Numbered from the stretch's first letter, positions 1-10,661 are shown. The stretch is DNA of 64,000 nt from Dermatobacter hominis (GCF_020715685.1 NZ_CP085840.1:4354891-4418890); one strand, 5' to 3'. A program made the numbers and translations. Notes: generated from the letters alone by a model not told the origin.

Positions 1-966
1 TGGTCTCGTCGATCGCGGTCGGGGACAGCGCGTCGTCGGGGACGACTGCGATCTCGGGTCCGAGCCCGATCACGCGGGTGTAGCGCCGGCCGGGCGATGG
101 GGATGCGGCGGACACCGTGAAGCTGGTCGCGACCTCGGGGTCGAGCGGCGCTGCGAGCGTGAACGCACCAGCGCCGTAGGCGGCCAGTGACGGGGCGATG
201 TGGGACAGCGCGCTGTCGCCGACGTGGAGGTTCGGTCCGTCGTCCCCGTACGCCATCGTGTCGCCGAGCGGGATCCCCCCGAGGAGCATCCCGCCGGCGG
301 TGACGGTCGCGACCGTCACCTCTGGCACCGACGGGAGGACGATGTCACCCACCGCCCACGTCCCCGACAGACCGGCACCCGTGTGCTGCACGATGGCCGC
401 CTGGAGCTGGTTCAGGTCGCTGGAGGCCTGGTAGTGCCGGACGATCCCGTTCGGGTCGACGAGCACGTAGGTCGGGAAGGCACCGCCGGCCACGCCGTTG
501 GCGGACCCCACGTCTGAGGAGAGCTGCCGCAACGGCGACCCGGGGTCGCCGTCGCAGTGCAGCACGATCTCGGAGTCCAGCCCGAAGCGTCCGGACCACC
601 GCTCCGCGTCGGAGCGGACCGACGGCGCCGAGCTGAGGTCCTCCACGACGATCGCGAGGATCCGCAGGTCGACGCCGGCCGCCGTGGCGGACCGGACGAA
701 GTCCGCGTGGTGGACGGCGCTGCTCCGGCACGGGTTGCACCACCACGGGCAGATGTCGACGAGCACCCACGACCCGTCGTAGTCCGCGGAGCCGGACGTG
801 CCGCCGTACTGGTCCCGGCCGAGGACGGGGAGCAGCCGCTGCCCCACGCCGTAGCCGGTGGCGACCGGTTCCGGCGGGGGTGCGCACGCCGTGTCGAGCA
901 TGCCGATCGCCGCCACGGCAGCGGTCGCTCCGACCGACTTCACCAGGAACTCACGTCGGTTCTGCA
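1..966 (-). CDS. Tat-secreted thioredoxin-like (TlpA/ResA family) CxxC protein, 3'-partial (runs off window start)
   Basis: Own translation of minus strand from ATG (rc of cat at 964-966): MQNRREFLVKSVGATAAVAAIG (twin-arginine signal) ... DICPWWCNPC (thioredoxin-fold WCxPC motif) ... open to position 1; not in ORF track because incomplete. Same strand/downstream of hemerythrin and cupredoxin genes. Confidence 0.55.
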
Positions 967-1076
967 TCGTCGTCCTCCGCTCGGGCCCCACCTGGTTCGG
1001 AGCAGGACCCGAGGAACGTACGGTCGGGCCGGAACGCCGACAATCGGGCATCTGCCCGGGTTGACGGCCGGGACGG

Positions 1077-1607
1077 TCACCGCACCGTGAGGGTGCGGTG
1101 CATGCCGTGGCCGAAGTGGGGCTTCCCGTCCGACTTCGCCGGGAAGAAGCAGACGACCTCGTACTCGCCCGGTCCGAGATCGAGCGTGAGCTCGGCGTCG
1201 GCCGCCGCTCCGGGGCCGGCGATCAGCGTGCCGACCACCTCGACGGCGTCCTTGATCCCCATCGGGCCGAGCTCGTACAGCTCCTCCAGCGACCGGTGCT
1301 CGGGGTTGCGGAAGATCGTGATCTCGTGGGCCTCGACGCCGTCGTTGCGGAACGACGTGGGGTACGACCCGGCTCGCAGCTCCTCCGGCAGTCCGCTCCA
1401 CTCGTACTCGGTCGCCACGATGTCGAGCCTCGACGGTGCCGGCGGCACGCTCGAGGTCGAGGTCTCGCTCGGCGCCGCACCCGCGTGCTCGGCGTGGGCG
1501 AGGGTGGTCGCCGGCTCGTCCGCCGACGTCGAGCCGTCGCCGCAGCCGATGGGGACGACGGCCCCGGCCGCCAGCAGCAGCCCGACGCCGATCGCTGCGG
1601 GCCTCAC
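1077..1607 (-). CDS. cupredoxin-like (type-1 copper ligand pattern) lipoprotein
   Basis: In-frame GTG within ORF 1077..2348; N-term VRPAAIGVGLLLAAGAVVPIGCGDG (signal + lipobox-like Cys); C-term HEITIF...GEYEVVCFFPAKSDGKPHFGHGMH = His...Cys-x10-His-x4-Met ligand spacing of plastocyanin/azurin-like domains. Start overlaps hemerythrin stop by 4 nt (operon). Confidence 0.55.
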   Translation of the reverse strand: MRPAAIGVGLLLAAGAVVPIGCGDGSTSADEPATTLAHAEHAGAAPSETSTSSVPPAPSRLDIVATEYEWSGLPEELRAGSYPTSFRNDGVEAHEITIFRNPEHRSLEELYELGPMGIKDAVEVVGTLIAGPGAAADAELTLDLGPGEYEVVCFFPAKSDGKPHFGHGMHRTLTVR

Positions 1608-2320
1608 GACGCCACCGCCGTCATCGGAGCGAGCACGTCGGTGCCGAGCGCCGCCGCCGTGAGCCGGTCGTAGCCCCGGCGGGTCGCCACCCAGAGCACC
1701 TTCATCATGAACGGGGCGGAGTCGAGCAGGTGGCGCCGCTCGTCGGGGGTGGCGTTGGCCATCATCCACGGGACGGTGAACCGGAGCTCGCCGAGCTTCG
1801 GGTCGGCCAGCGCCGTCGCCTCGAGCTCGTCGTACTCGGCGGCGTCCATGTGACGGGTGAAGAGCGGCAGGATCTCGGCGTCCTCGAAGTCGAGGTGGCG
1901 GTCCATGAACGACTCCAGGTCGGCGGTCCGGTCCACCGCCACGGCGACCGCGTCCGGGAACGCCACGGACGGGTCCGCGAGCCCGGCGATGGCCGCACGG
2001 CTGGCGACGATCAGCTCGTCGAGGTGGTGGTGCTCCTCGTCGATCCGCTCGAGGTGGCCTCGGAGCGCCGGCACCCGCTGGAACAGCGCCGGGAAGAAGA
2101 CGTCGTCCTCGACGGTGTGGTGGGTGTGGAGCTCGTTCTCGAAGCCCTGGTACCAGCGCGCCAGCCGACGGCCACGGTCGTCGCGCTCGGCCTCGGTGAC
2201 GCCGCTGACGGCGGCGGTGAGCCGCGCCGTGCTCTGGCGGATCGACCGGTGGACCAGCCGGTACATGGTGAGATCTGGTGTGTTCATGACGCCTCCACGG
2301 CTTGTAGGTTCTGCCGTCAC
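1604..2320 (-). CDS. hemerythrin-like (HHE cation-binding) domain protein
   Basis: 238 aa; H/E/D-rich motifs HTHHTVEDDVFFPAL, EEHHHLDELI, typical of hemerythrin HHE domains; GTG start (internal ATG at 2287 also possible). Confidence 0.8.
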   Translation of the reverse strand: MTAEPTSRGGVMNTPDLTMYRLVHRSIRQSTARLTAAVSGVTEAERDDRGRRLARWYQGFENELHTHHTVEDDVFFPALFQRVPALRGHLERIDEEHHHLDELIVASRAAIAGLADPSVAFPDAVAVAVDRTADLESFMDRHLDFEDAEILPLFTRHMDAAEYDELEATALADPKLGELRFTVPWMMANATPDERRHLLDSAPFMMKVLWVATRRGYDRLTAAALGTDVLAPMTAVAS

Positions 2321-2367
2321 CGTCGTCGGGCGACCTTGGAGCCCACACCCGGAGGGCGGTCCCTGAC

Positions 2368-5300
2368 TTGGAGTCCGCTTGGAACCTGTCCTTCTCGGCC
2401 CTGGGCGGGCTGGCCGCGTTCCGGGACGGAGCGCCGCTCGACCTCGGTGGGCCGAAGCAGCGCCTCGTCCTGGCCCTGCTGCTCCTCGCCGAGGGTGAGG
2501 CCGTCCCGCCGGAGCGCCTCGTCGACCGGGTGTGGGGCGAGGCGCCGCCGGACCGTGCGGAGGCGTCGCTGCAGGCCTACGTCTCCAACTTGCGCAAGGT
2601 CCTCGAGCCGGATCGGGCGCCCCGCCAGGCCGCAGCCGTCCTCGTCACGCGGCCGGCCGGCTACGCGGTCGCCGTCGACCGGGACCAGTTGGACCTCACG
2701 CGCTTCATCGACCTGACGACGGCCGGTATCGACCACCAGCGCGCCGGTCGGCCCGCCGAGGCCGAGCCGGCGCTCGCGGCAGCGACGGCGATGTGGAAGC
2801 CGTTGCTGCCGGAGTTCGCCGACGTGCGCACGGTGGAGGAGTCGGCGCGCCGGCTGGCGACGCTCGCCGGCGAGGCCCGGGCCAACCTGTACGCGGCGCG
2901 TCTCGACCTCGGCGAGTCCTCGTCGGTGCTCGCCGACCTCCGCGACGCGCTCGACGAGGCGCCGCTCGACGAGCGCCTCTGGGGGCACCTCGCCCTCGCG
3001 CTGTACCGCGCCGGCCGCCAGGCCGACGCCCTCCGGTCGCTCGCCGAGGCCCGGCGGGTCCTCGGCGAGGAGGTCGGGGTGGAGCCCGGCCCCGCGCTCC
3101 GGGCCCTGGAGTCGGACATCCTCGACCAGTCGCCGTCGCTCATCTGGGTCCCGGTCGCCCCGTCCGTCCCTGCGACACCCGGGGCGGCGCGGCCGGCTCC
3201 CGGTCCGACGGCGGCGGTCGACCCGACGGACCGGCCGCTGTTCGTCGGCCGCGACCGCGAGCTCGACGCCCTGACGGCCGCCGTCGGTCGGGCCCGCGAA
3301 GGGGACGGCACGGCGGTCGTGGTCAGCGGCGAGCCGGGCATCGGCAAGACGCGCCTCGTCGAGGAGCTCGCCGACTCGGTGCGGCGGCAGGACGTCGCCG
3401 TCGCGTGGGCCCGCTGCCCCGAGAGCGCCGCCACCAGCTCCTTCTTCGCCGTCTCCGAGGTCGCGGCCCAGCTGGAGGCCCAGGGGATCGTGGACCTGGA
3501 GGGCCGTCTCGGGTTCGACGCGGTCACCGACGACACCGACCGCATCGGGATCTACCGGCGGACGACCGACGTCCTCCGGGACGCGACCGGGCCGGCGCTC
3601 GTCGTGCTCGACGACCTGCAGTGGGCCGACCCCGGGACCCTCCGGATGGTGGAGTTCATCGCCGGCGAGCTGCGCCGGCTGCCGATCGCGCTCGTCGTCA
3701 CGACCCGTCCGCCCGTCGCCGACTCGCCCGAACCGCTCGTAGACTGCCTCAGCGAGCTGGCCCGCTCGGAGGGCAGCGTGCGCCTCGACCTCGACGGGCT
3801 CGACGTCGACGCCGTCGCGGTGTGGCTCGACCGGCGGACCAGCGGGGCGGTCTCGCCCCACGTCGCCGGCCTCGTGCACGACCGCAGCGGCGGCAACCCG
3901 TTCTTCGCCCAGGAGCTGGTCGAGCTGATGGTCGGGGAGGACCGCCTCGACCCCGAGGCCGCCGGCCGGGTGCCCGCCGCGGTGGCCGACGTCGTCCGCC
4001 GCCGGGTGGGACGCCTGCCCGCCGGATCGCAGAAGCTGCTCTCCGTGGCCTCGGTCATCGGACGGACGTTCGACCTCGACGTCGTCGCCCACGTGTCGGG
4101 GTCCACGCTGGCCGAGGTGCTCGACGCCCTGGACGCCCCGGTGGCGGCGGGTCTGGTCGCCCAGGACCCCGGCGCGCCGGCCCGGTTCCGCTTCTCGCAC
4201 GCGCTCGTCGCCGAGGCGCTCGAGACCGAGCTGGCGCCGTCACGACGAGCGCGCCTCCACGTGTCGACGATGGTCGCGATCGAGGAGCTGCGTGCCGCCT
4301 CGCTCGACCGCCACCTGGCCGAGCTGGCCCACCACGCGCTGGCCGGGGCGATCGCCGGTTCGGCGACCGATGCCGTCCGCTGGTCGGTCCGGGCCGGCGA
4401 GCGCGCCGAGCAGCGCCACGCCCCCGAGGACGCCGCCGGCCACTACCAGCGAGCGCTCGAGGTCGTCGACCTCGCCCACCCCGCCGAGCCGCAGGTCCGG
4501 CTCGACCTGCTCCGTTCGCTCGGGCGGGCGTGGGCGGCGGCGGGCTCCGAGGAGCGGGCCCAGCGGGTGCTCGCCGACGCGGTCGAGCTGGCCGACGACC
4601 TGGGCGACGTCGACGCGATGGTCGCCAGCGCGCTGGCGCTCGTGCACCCGACCCTGTGGCAACCCGGGGAGTACCGGGGCTCCAACGAACGGCTCGTGTC
4701 CGTCGTCGACCTCGTGCTCGATCGGCTCGGTCCCGACGGCGACGTCGGGGTCCGGGCGCTGCTCGGCGGGTTCCGCGCCAACCTCTCCTACTACGTGACG
4801 CCTCGCGCCGAGCTCGACGCCCGGAGCGCGGCGGCGGTGGCGCTCGCCCGGCGGACCGGAGACGACGACCTGATCGCCCGGGTCCTGGTGCAGCGGCTCC
4901 AGGCGATCTGGTTCGCGCCGAACGCCCACGAGCAGCTGGCGATCTCGGACGAGGCGCTATCACTCATCCGGCGCTCCGGGCTCGATGCGCAGCTCGAGGC
5001 GGTGGCCGAGCTCCAGCGGGTGTGCGCGCTCTACCAGCTCGGCACCTACGACGAGGCCGCCTTCGAGCACGTCTCGGCGCTCGTCCGGGCGCAGGGCTCC
5101 CCGATCCAGGTGCTCGAGGTCGACGCGTTCGCGGCGGCCCGCCTCGCGTGCGAGGGCCGCTACGTCGAGGCCCAGGCGGCGGCGGCCGGCGCCGAGGACC
5201 TCTTCCGCCGCACCGCGCGCCGCAGCGACGCCGCCGTGCTGTTCGGTTCGAAGCTGCTGTCGTTCGTCGACCAGGGGATGCTCGACGAGATCGTCGAGAT

Positions 5301-5814
5301 GACCGCAGGGGTGGTCGACAGCAACTTCGCGACGTCGTCGGTGGAGATGATGGCCTTCGTCATGCTCGAGTTCGGCATGCCCGAGCAGGCACGGGAGGCC
5401 ATCGGGCCGGTCGGCTCGCTGCCGGAGGTGCCCGACGACTGGATGTGGCTCTCGGTCACCTGCAACGCGGCCATGGTGCGGGCCGCGCTCGGCGACGTCG
5501 AGGCGTGCGCCGTCCTCCACGAGCGGCTCGCGCCGTACTCGGGACAGGTCTGGATCGTGGGATCGGTGCCCGTCTGCGGGTGCGTGGACCTCGCGCTGGG
5601 TCGATTGGCGGCGACGCTGGGGCGCCACGACGATGCCCTCCGTCACATCGAGGTCGCGATCGAGGTCGACGGCTCGATGGGGGCGAGGGCCTGGCTCGCC
5701 CGCTCGCTCGAGGCGAAGGCGGAGCTGACCGGCGATCCGGCCGACCACGCGGCGGCGCTCGCGCTGGCCACCGCGATCGGCTGCGTCCCGGTGCTGCGTC
5801 GCCTCCAGGGCTGA
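2368..5814 (+). CDS. AfsR/DnrI/RedD-family (SARP) transcriptional regulator with BTAD, NB-ARC ATPase and TPR-like C-terminus
   Basis: 1148 aa; N-term [29 protein letters not shown] (OmpR-type winged helix of SARPs), BTAD region, Walker [15 protein letters not shown], long helical repeat C-terminus. TTG start at 2368 preceded by ggagg. Confidence 0.85.
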   Translation: MESAWNLSFSALGGLAAFRDGAPLDLGGPKQRLVLALLLLAEGEAVPPERLVDRVWGEAPPDRAEASLQAYVSNLRKVLEPDRAPRQAAAVLVTRPAGYAVAVDRDQLDLTRFIDLTTAGIDHQRAGRPAEAEPALAAATAMWKPLLPEFADVRTVEESARRLATLAGEARANLYAARLDLGESSSVLADLRDALDEAPLDERLWGHLALALYRAGRQADALRSLAEARRVLGEEVGVEPGPALRALESDILDQSPSLIWVPVAPSVPATPGAARPAPGPTAAVDPTDRPLFVGRDRELDALTAAVGRAREGDGTAVVVSGEPGIGKTRLVEELADSVRRQDVAVAWARCPESAATSSFFAVSEVAAQLEAQGIVDLEGRLGFDAVTDDTDRIGIYRRTTDVLRDATGPALVVLDDLQWADPGTLRMVEFIAGELRRLPIALVVTTRPPVADSPEPLVDCLSELARSEGSVRLDLDGLDVDAVAVWLDRRTSGAVSPHVAGLVHDRSGGNPFFAQELVELMVGEDRLDPEAAGRVPAAVADVVRRRVGRLPAGSQKLLSVASVIGRTFDLDVVAHVSGSTLAEVLDALDAPVAAGLVAQDPGAPARFRFSHALVAEALETELAPSRRARLHVSTMVAIEELRAASLDRHLAELAHHALAGAIAGSATDAVRWSVRAGERAEQRHAPEDAAGHYQRALEVVDLAHPAEPQVRLDLLRSLGRAWAAAGSEERAQRVLADAVELADDLGDVDAMVASALALVHPTLWQPGEYRGSNERLVSVVDLVLDRLGPDGDVGVRALLGGFRANLSYYVTPRAELDARSAAAVALARRTGDDDLIARVLVQRLQAIWFAPNAHEQLAISDEALSLIRRSGLDAQLEAVAELQRVCALYQLGTYDEAAFEHVSALVRAQGSPIQVLEVDAFAAARLACEGRYVEAQAAAAGAEDLFRRTARRSDAAVLFGSKLLSFVDQGMLDEIVEMTAGVVDSNFATSSVEMMAFVMLEFGMPEQAREAIGPVGSLPEVPDDWMWLSVTCNAAMVRAALGDVEACAVLHERLAPYSGQVWIVGSVPVCGCVDLALGRLAATLGRHDDALRHIEVAIEVDGSMGARAWLARSLEAKAELTGDPADHAAALALATAIGCVPVLRRLQG

Positions 5815-5923
5815 TCCGGGGAACCCGGCCCGCCGGACGCCCGAGGACGGGGCGCCGCGACGGGGCTCCGGGCGGGAACCGGCGGCGCGGCATTCGCATC
5901 GCGCCGCGTTAGCCTCCAGCGCC

Positions 5924-6553
5924 ATGCAGCCACTCGGACCTTCCGACCTCCCGCCGCAGCTCGCGGCGGACCCCGTACTCATGCAGGCCGGCAACGGCAT
6001 GGAGCCCTCCGCCGACATCTACAACCGGCTCCTGAAGAACCGCATCGTGTTCCTCGGCTCCGAGGTCAACGACACCGTCGCCAACTTCATCACCGCCCAG
6101 ATGCTGTTCCTCGAGGGCGAGGACCCCGACAAGGACATCTGGCTGTACATCAACTCGCCGGGCGGCTCGGTGACGGCCGGCATGGCGATCTACGACACGA
6201 TGCAGTTCGTCACACCCGACGTCGGCACCATCTGCATGGGCCTCTGCGCCTCGATGGGGCAGTTCCTGCTGTGCGCCGGTGCCGCGGGCAAGCGCTACTC
6301 GCTGCCGCACGCCCGGATCATGATGCACCAGCCCTCCGCGGGCATGCAGGGCCAGGCGTCCGACATCGCCATCCAGGCGGAGCAGCTGAAGTACATCAAG
6401 GACCTGCTGGCCGAGCGCATCGCGCACCACACCGGTCAGACCAAGGAGCAGGTCAACATCGACTCCGACCGCGACCGCTGGTTCACCGCCGAGGGCGCCA
6501 AGGACTACGGGATCATCGACCACGTGATCGTGCGCCGCGGCGAGATGCGCTGA
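5924..6553 (+). CDS. clpP: ATP-dependent Clp protease proteolytic subunit (ClpP1-type)
   Basis: 209 aa; [19 protein letters not shown]...[21 protein letters not shown]...MHQPS...[21 protein letters not shown] closely matches actinobacterial ClpP1; Ser/His/Asp triad context present. Start may be internal (MQAGNGMEP at ~5981). Confidence 0.9.
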   Translation: MQPLGPSDLPPQLAADPVLMQAGNGMEPSADIYNRLLKNRIVFLGSEVNDTVANFITAQMLFLEGEDPDKDIWLYINSPGGSVTAGMAIYDTMQFVTPDVGTICMGLCASMGQFLLCAGAAGKRYSLPHARIMMHQPSAGMQGQASDIAIQAEQLKYIKDLLAERIAHHTGQTKEQVNIDSDRDRWFTAEGAKDYGIIDHVIVRRGEMR

Positions 6554-6600
6554 CCGCAGCGCCCGCAGGGCCCGCAGCGGCACACGTCACACCGGACGCG

Positions 6601-6634
6601 GACGAGGGGCCGACCCACGGGTCGGCCCCTCGTC
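6601..6634. terminator. inverted repeat (15-bp stem) between convergent clpP and CAP-domain genes
   Basis: gacgaggggccgacc-cacg-ggtcggcccctcgtc perfect hairpin immediately after clpP stop and before the stop of the minus-strand gene at 6660. Confidence 0.5.
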
Positions 6635-6659
6635 CCGCGTCACGGGTGGTGTCGTCCGA

Positions 6660-7127
6660 TCAGCCGGCGAAGACCTGGACCACGTAGAGGCGGCCGCCGG
6701 ACTGGGCGACGCCGGTGCCGATCCGGTTGAACTTGCCGCTGACGATGTTGGCCCGGTGCGCCGGGCTGTTCATGAACATCGAGTGCATCTGGGCGGTCGA
6801 CGACGCCATGCCGACGTTCTCGCCGAGCACGGCCCAGTCGCTGCCGGCGCCGTCGCTCAGCCGTGAGTGCGAGATCGAGCCCACGCCGGCCATGTGCTCG
6901 GCCCAGGCCTGCGCCTTGTTGACGAGCGTGTCGTCGATGGCGAGGGCCCGGAGCCCGATCTGCGTCCGGGTGTCGTTCACCCTCGCAGCGGAGTCGAACG
7001 CCTGGGCGTTCTTGGTGCACGACACGCCGACGAGCGCCACGATGGCGGTCATGGCGGCCAGCAGGACGGTCGCCCTGGTCCGGCGCGCGCGGGTCGAACG
7101 GGGGAAGATCAGGGACGGGCGGTCCAT
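6660..7127 (-). CDS. secreted CAP/SCP (YkwD-like) domain protein
   Basis: 155 aa; N-terminal hydrophobic signal (TVLLAAMTAIVALVGVSC); motifs AWAEHMAGVGSISHS, GENVG, HSMFMNSPAHRANIVSGKFNRIGTGVA resemble CAP superfamily (PF00188). Confidence 0.6.
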   Translation of the reverse strand: MDRPSLIFPRSTRARRTRATVLLAAMTAIVALVGVSCTKNAQAFDSAARVNDTRTQIGLRALAIDDTLVNKAQAWAEHMAGVGSISHSRLSDGAGSDWAVLGENVGMASSTAQMHSMFMNSPAHRANIVSGKFNRIGTGVAQSGGRLYVVQVFAG

Positions 7128-7382
7128 GAGGGGAGGCTCCTTCTCGTCGGTCGCTTCGCTTGTGGGGGTTGCTGTCGACGGCCCCAGCCGTAGATGTGAA
7201 TGGAACCGTCACGATGTGACGGTTCCATGACGAACACATGGCTACCACATGACGACACTCCATCGGTTCATACCGACCGGATGTGAGGATTTCGTGTCCG
7301 CCGCGTCGAGAACCCCGACCCTCTGCCGTTCAGCGCCGCAGTCTTCCGTTCGGAGCGCGTGGGGTGCAACCGCAACCCCGGA

Positions 7383-7835
7383 TCAGTGCAGCGTCACCCC
7401 GCACTCGCGCGATGCCCAGCGCTCGACCCGGGAGCTGGTCGTGGCCATCTCCTCGAGCCGCCGGTTGAGCTCGTCCCGATCCTGCTCGACGACGGCGGCG
7501 TCGCCCTGGCCCTCGTCGCCGGCGCCGGGCACGGCGTTGCGATCGGCGGCCAGCAGCTCGACGATCTGCTCGACCGCGTCGGCGAGGTCCTGCATGTCCG
7601 ATCGGATGTCGTCGGGAGCGCTGCCGGCGAGTTCGGAGAACTGCTCGGCAGCTGTTCGGGCGCGGTCCAGGTCCTGGGACTCGAGCGCGCTGCTCAGCGC
7701 CGACATGTCGGCCTGCTTCGAGAGGTCGTCGCAGAACCCGGGCCGGCCGTCACCGCACGCGCCCGTGGTCACGGCGCCGACGGCGAGTGCGAGCGCGGCC
7801 GCGGCGCCGCGCAGCCCGAGCGTCCTTCCCGGCAC
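7383..7835 (-). CDS. hypothetical lipoprotein
   Basis: 150 aa; signal peptide with Cys (LAVGAVTTGACGDG), acidic helical body; no recognisable domain. Confidence 0.4.
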   Translation of the reverse strand: MPGRTLGLRGAAAALALAVGAVTTGACGDGRPGFCDDLSKQADMSALSSALESQDLDRARTAAEQFSELAGSAPDDIRSDMQDLADAVEQIVELLAADRNAVPGAGDEGQGDAAVVEQDRDELNRRLEEMATTSSRVERWASRECGVTLH

Positions 7836-7845
7836 GACGAGGTCG

Positions 7846-8526
7846 TCAGCCGCGGGCGGCCTCGGCCAGCGCTCGGATCTCGCTGACCGCGTGGGCCTGG
7901 CCCTCGGGGTCGCGGAACAGCGCGCTGCCGGCGATGAAGACGTTGGCCCCGGCGGCCGCGGCCCCGGCGACGGTCGAGGGCCCGATGCCGCCGTCGACCT
8001 CGAGGTCGATGTCCCGGCCGGACAGCTCGATCATCTGGCGCACCTCGCGCACCTTGGGCTCCATCGTGGCGATGTAGTCCTGGCCGCCGAAGCCGGGGTT
8101 GACCGTCATGACGAGGATCTCGTCGACGAGGTCGAGGACGTGCTGCACCGCGACGGCGGGCGTGGCCGGGTTCAGTGCGACGGCCGGCGAGGCGCCGAGG
8201 TCGCGGATGAGCCCGAGCGTGCGGTGGAGGTGCCGGCAGGCCTCGGCGTGCACGATGAGGAGCTCGCAGCCCGCCTCGACGTACCGCGGGAGCAGCTCGT
8301 CGGGTTCGACCACCATCAGGTGGGCCTCGAACGGCACGTCGACGAGCGGCCGGCAGGCGGCGATGACGTCGGGGCCGAAGGTGAGGTTGGGGACGAACAC
8401 CCCGTCCATGACGTCCCACTGGATTCGGTCGACACCGGCCTTCTCGAGCGCCTGGCACTCGTCGCCCAGGCGGGAGAAGTCGGCGGGGAGGACCGACGGG
8501 ACGATCTGGATCTGGGGCGCGGACAT
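7846..8526 (-). CDS. rpe: ribulose-phosphate 3-epimerase
   Basis: 226 aa; IVPSVLPADFSRLGDE...DRIQWDVMDGVFVPNLTFGP...HLMV...VMTVNPGFGGQ...DGGIG are canonical Rpe motifs. Confidence 0.9.
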   Translation of the reverse strand: MSAPQIQIVPSVLPADFSRLGDECQALEKAGVDRIQWDVMDGVFVPNLTFGPDVIAACRPLVDVPFEAHLMVVEPDELLPRYVEAGCELLIVHAEACRHLHRTLGLIRDLGASPAVALNPATPAVAVQHVLDLVDEILVMTVNPGFGGQDYIATMEPKVREVRQMIELSGRDIDLEVDGGIGPSTVAGAAAAGANVFIAGSALFRDPEGQAHAVSEIRALAEAARG

Positions 8527-8593
8527 GGCGGGGCCTCGAGTGGTCGAGCGCGGGTGGGAACGCGCGCGAGCGTACCGGTCCTATCGTTCGCCC

Positions 8594-9823
8594 ATGGATC
8601 CCGGGCTCGACTCCTCCGAGCGGGTGGTCGACGTCGAGCGCCTCGTGACCGGCGGCGCCGCGCTCGCCCACGAGCCGACCGGCCGGGTGGTCATGATCCC
8701 GGGCGCGCTCCCGGGCGAGCGGGTGCGGGTGCGGCTCGTCGACGAGCGACCGCGGATGTCCACCGCCGCCGTGGAGCGCGTCCTCGAGCCATCGCCCGTG
8801 CGGGTCGCCCCGCCGTGCGTCGAGCTCGCCAACGGCTGCGGGGGCTGCGACCTCCAGCACGCGGCGCCGCCGGCCCAGCCGGGTCTGAAGGCGGACATCG
8901 TGCGCGACGCCCTTGGCCGTGCGGTGCGGGGCGGTCGGTTCGACGAGATCGCCGTGACCGCGGGCGAGGCACTTCCACCGTGGCGCTACCGCACGACGGT
9001 GCGCTGCGCGGTCGACGGTGACCGGCTGGCGTTCCACGAGCGCCGGTCCGACGCGCTGCTCGCCGTCGGGGACTGCCCGGTCGCGCACGAGCTGGTCGCC
9101 GAGGTGATCCGCGACGGTCGCTTCCCCGGCGCCGAGGAGGTGACCGTGCGCGCCGGTGCCCGCACCGGTGAGCGGCTCGCCGTGGTGTCGCCGTCCGTCG
9201 GTGGAGGAGACGAGGCCGGCCCGGCGGTGGTCCCCGAGGGCGTCCGCGTCGTCGGCGTCGACGAGCTGCGCGCCGGTCGGCGGGCCTGGTTCCACGAGGA
9301 GGTGGCGGGGCACCGCTTCCGCATCTCGGCGCAGTCGTTCTTCCAGTCCGGACCCGAGGGGGCCGAGGCGCTGGTGGCGGCGGTCCGCCGCGCTCTGGGG
9401 CCGATCGACCCGGCGACACGGCTCGTCGACCTCTACGGCGGCGTCGGACTGTTCGCCGCCGTGCTCGGCACCGACCGGCCGGTGCTCGTCGAGCGCTCGG
9501 CGTCGTCGGTGGCCGACGCCCGCGTCAACCTCGAGGGGACGGGCGCGACGGTCGTGCGCTCGTCGGTCGAGCGCTGGCGGCCGTCGCGCGCGGACGTCGT
9601 GGTGGCGGACCCGGCGCGTGCCGGTCTCGGCCGGGACGGCGTGTCGGCGGTGGCCGCCACCGGTGCAGCGCGCGTCGCGCTGGTCAGCTGCGACGTCGCC
9701 TCGCTGGTCCGTGACGTCGGCCTCCTCGCGGACGCCGGCTACCGCGCCACGGGCATCGAGGTCGTCGACATGTTCCCGAACACGCACCACGTGGAGGCGG
9801 TCACCGCCCTGGAACGGTCGTGA
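8594..9823 (+). CDS. 23S rRNA (uracil-C5)-methyltransferase RlmD/RumA-like (TRAM + Fe-S + SAM MTase)
   Basis: In-frame ATG at 8594 inside ORF 8099..9823; TRAM-like N-term (VERLVTGGAALAH...GERVRV), Cys cluster CVELANGCGGCDLQH, C-terminal MTase (DLYGGVGLFA...VVADPARAG). Upstream part of the track ORF is junk. Confidence 0.75.
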   Translation: MDPGLDSSERVVDVERLVTGGAALAHEPTGRVVMIPGALPGERVRVRLVDERPRMSTAAVERVLEPSPVRVAPPCVELANGCGGCDLQHAAPPAQPGLKADIVRDALGRAVRGGRFDEIAVTAGEALPPWRYRTTVRCAVDGDRLAFHERRSDALLAVGDCPVAHELVAEVIRDGRFPGAEEVTVRAGARTGERLAVVSPSVGGGDEAGPAVVPEGVRVVGVDELRAGRRAWFHEEVAGHRFRISAQSFFQSGPEGAEALVAAVRRALGPIDPATRLVDLYGGVGLFAAVLGTDRPVLVERSASSVADARVNLEGTGATVVRSSVERWRPSRADVVVADPARAGLGRDGVSAVAATGAARVALVSCDVASLVRDVGLLADAGYRATGIEVVDMFPNTHHVEAVTALERS

Positions 9824-10659
9824 CCCGTCGGCCGTCCGTCGCCGTCGCCGTCGCGGCGTGCCTCGTCGCCCTGGTGCTCGGCGCCTGCTCGTCCGACGAC
9901 GGCGCCGCCCCGGCCACGACCGCACCGACCTGCGCGGCGGGCGCGCCCGAACGACTGGCGGTCGAGGTGCTCGACGAGCGCCCGCACGACCCCACGGCCT
10001 TCACCCAGGGCCTCCTCGTCGTCGACGGCGACCTCTACGAGAGCACCGGGCAGCAGGGCGAGTCGACCGTGCGCGAGGTCGACCCGACCACGGGCGAGGT
10101 GCGGCGCACGAGCGACCTCGACCCGGAGCTGTTCGGTGAGGGGCTGACGGCCGTGGGCGACGACCGCCTGGTGCAGCTCACGTGGAAGGACGGACGGGCG
10201 CTCGTGTGGGACCGGGCCGACCTCACGCTCGTCGACGAGCACGCCTACGACGGCGAGGGGTGGGGGATCACCACGCTCGACGACGGGCGGCTGGTCATGA
10301 GCGACGGCTCCGATCGGCTGGCGGTGCGCGACCCGGACGACTTCGCCGAGCTCGACCGCTGGACGGTCGAGCGCTCCGACGGACCGGCCGACCAGCTGAA
10401 CGAGCTCGAGTGGGACGGCGAGCGCCTCTGGGCGAACCGCTGGCAGACCGACGAGATCGTCCGCATCGACCCCACCTGCCACCGCGTCGACGCCGTGGTG
10501 GACGCGGCGGCGCTCACCGAGCGCGCCCGGGAGGCGGCCGATCCGGACGAGCCGATCGACGTGCTCAACGGCATCGCCCACCTGCCCGGGACCGACCGCT
10601 TCCTCGTCACCGGCAAGGACTGGCCGGTCCTGTACGAGGTCCGCTTCGTGCCCGCCTAG
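9820..10659 (+). CDS. glutaminyl-peptide cyclotransferase-like lipoprotein
   Basis: 279 aa; lipobox LVLGACSSDD; TQGLLVVDGDLYESTGQQGES...LTWKDGRALVWD...LNELEWDGERLWANRWQTDEIVRIDP match bacterial glutamine cyclotransferase beta-propeller family. GTG start overlapping upstream stop (GTGA). Confidence 0.7.
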   Translation: MTRRPSVAVAVAACLVALVLGACSSDDGAAPATTAPTCAAGAPERLAVEVLDERPHDPTAFTQGLLVVDGDLYESTGQQGESTVREVDPTTGEVRRTSDLDPELFGEGLTAVGDDRLVQLTWKDGRALVWDRADLTLVDEHAYDGEGWGITTLDDGRLVMSDGSDRLAVRDPDDFAELDRWTVERSDGPADQLNELEWDGERLWANRWQTDEIVRIDPTCHRVDAVVDAAALTERAREAADPDEPIDVLNGIAHLPGTDRFLVTGKDWPVLYEVRFVPA

Positions 10660-10661
10660 CG

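Noticed and set aside
2532-5912. 1126-aa Arg/Gly/Pro-rich ORF overlapping the SARP gene in another frame
   Set aside because: It has the typical high-GC off-frame composition (R, G, P, A >60%), no domains, and is fully covered by a well-supported regulator gene.
7769-9925. 718-aa minus-strand ORF opposite rpe and the methyltransferase
   Set aside because: It is an Arg-rich, low-complexity antisense artefact of the RlmD-like gene.
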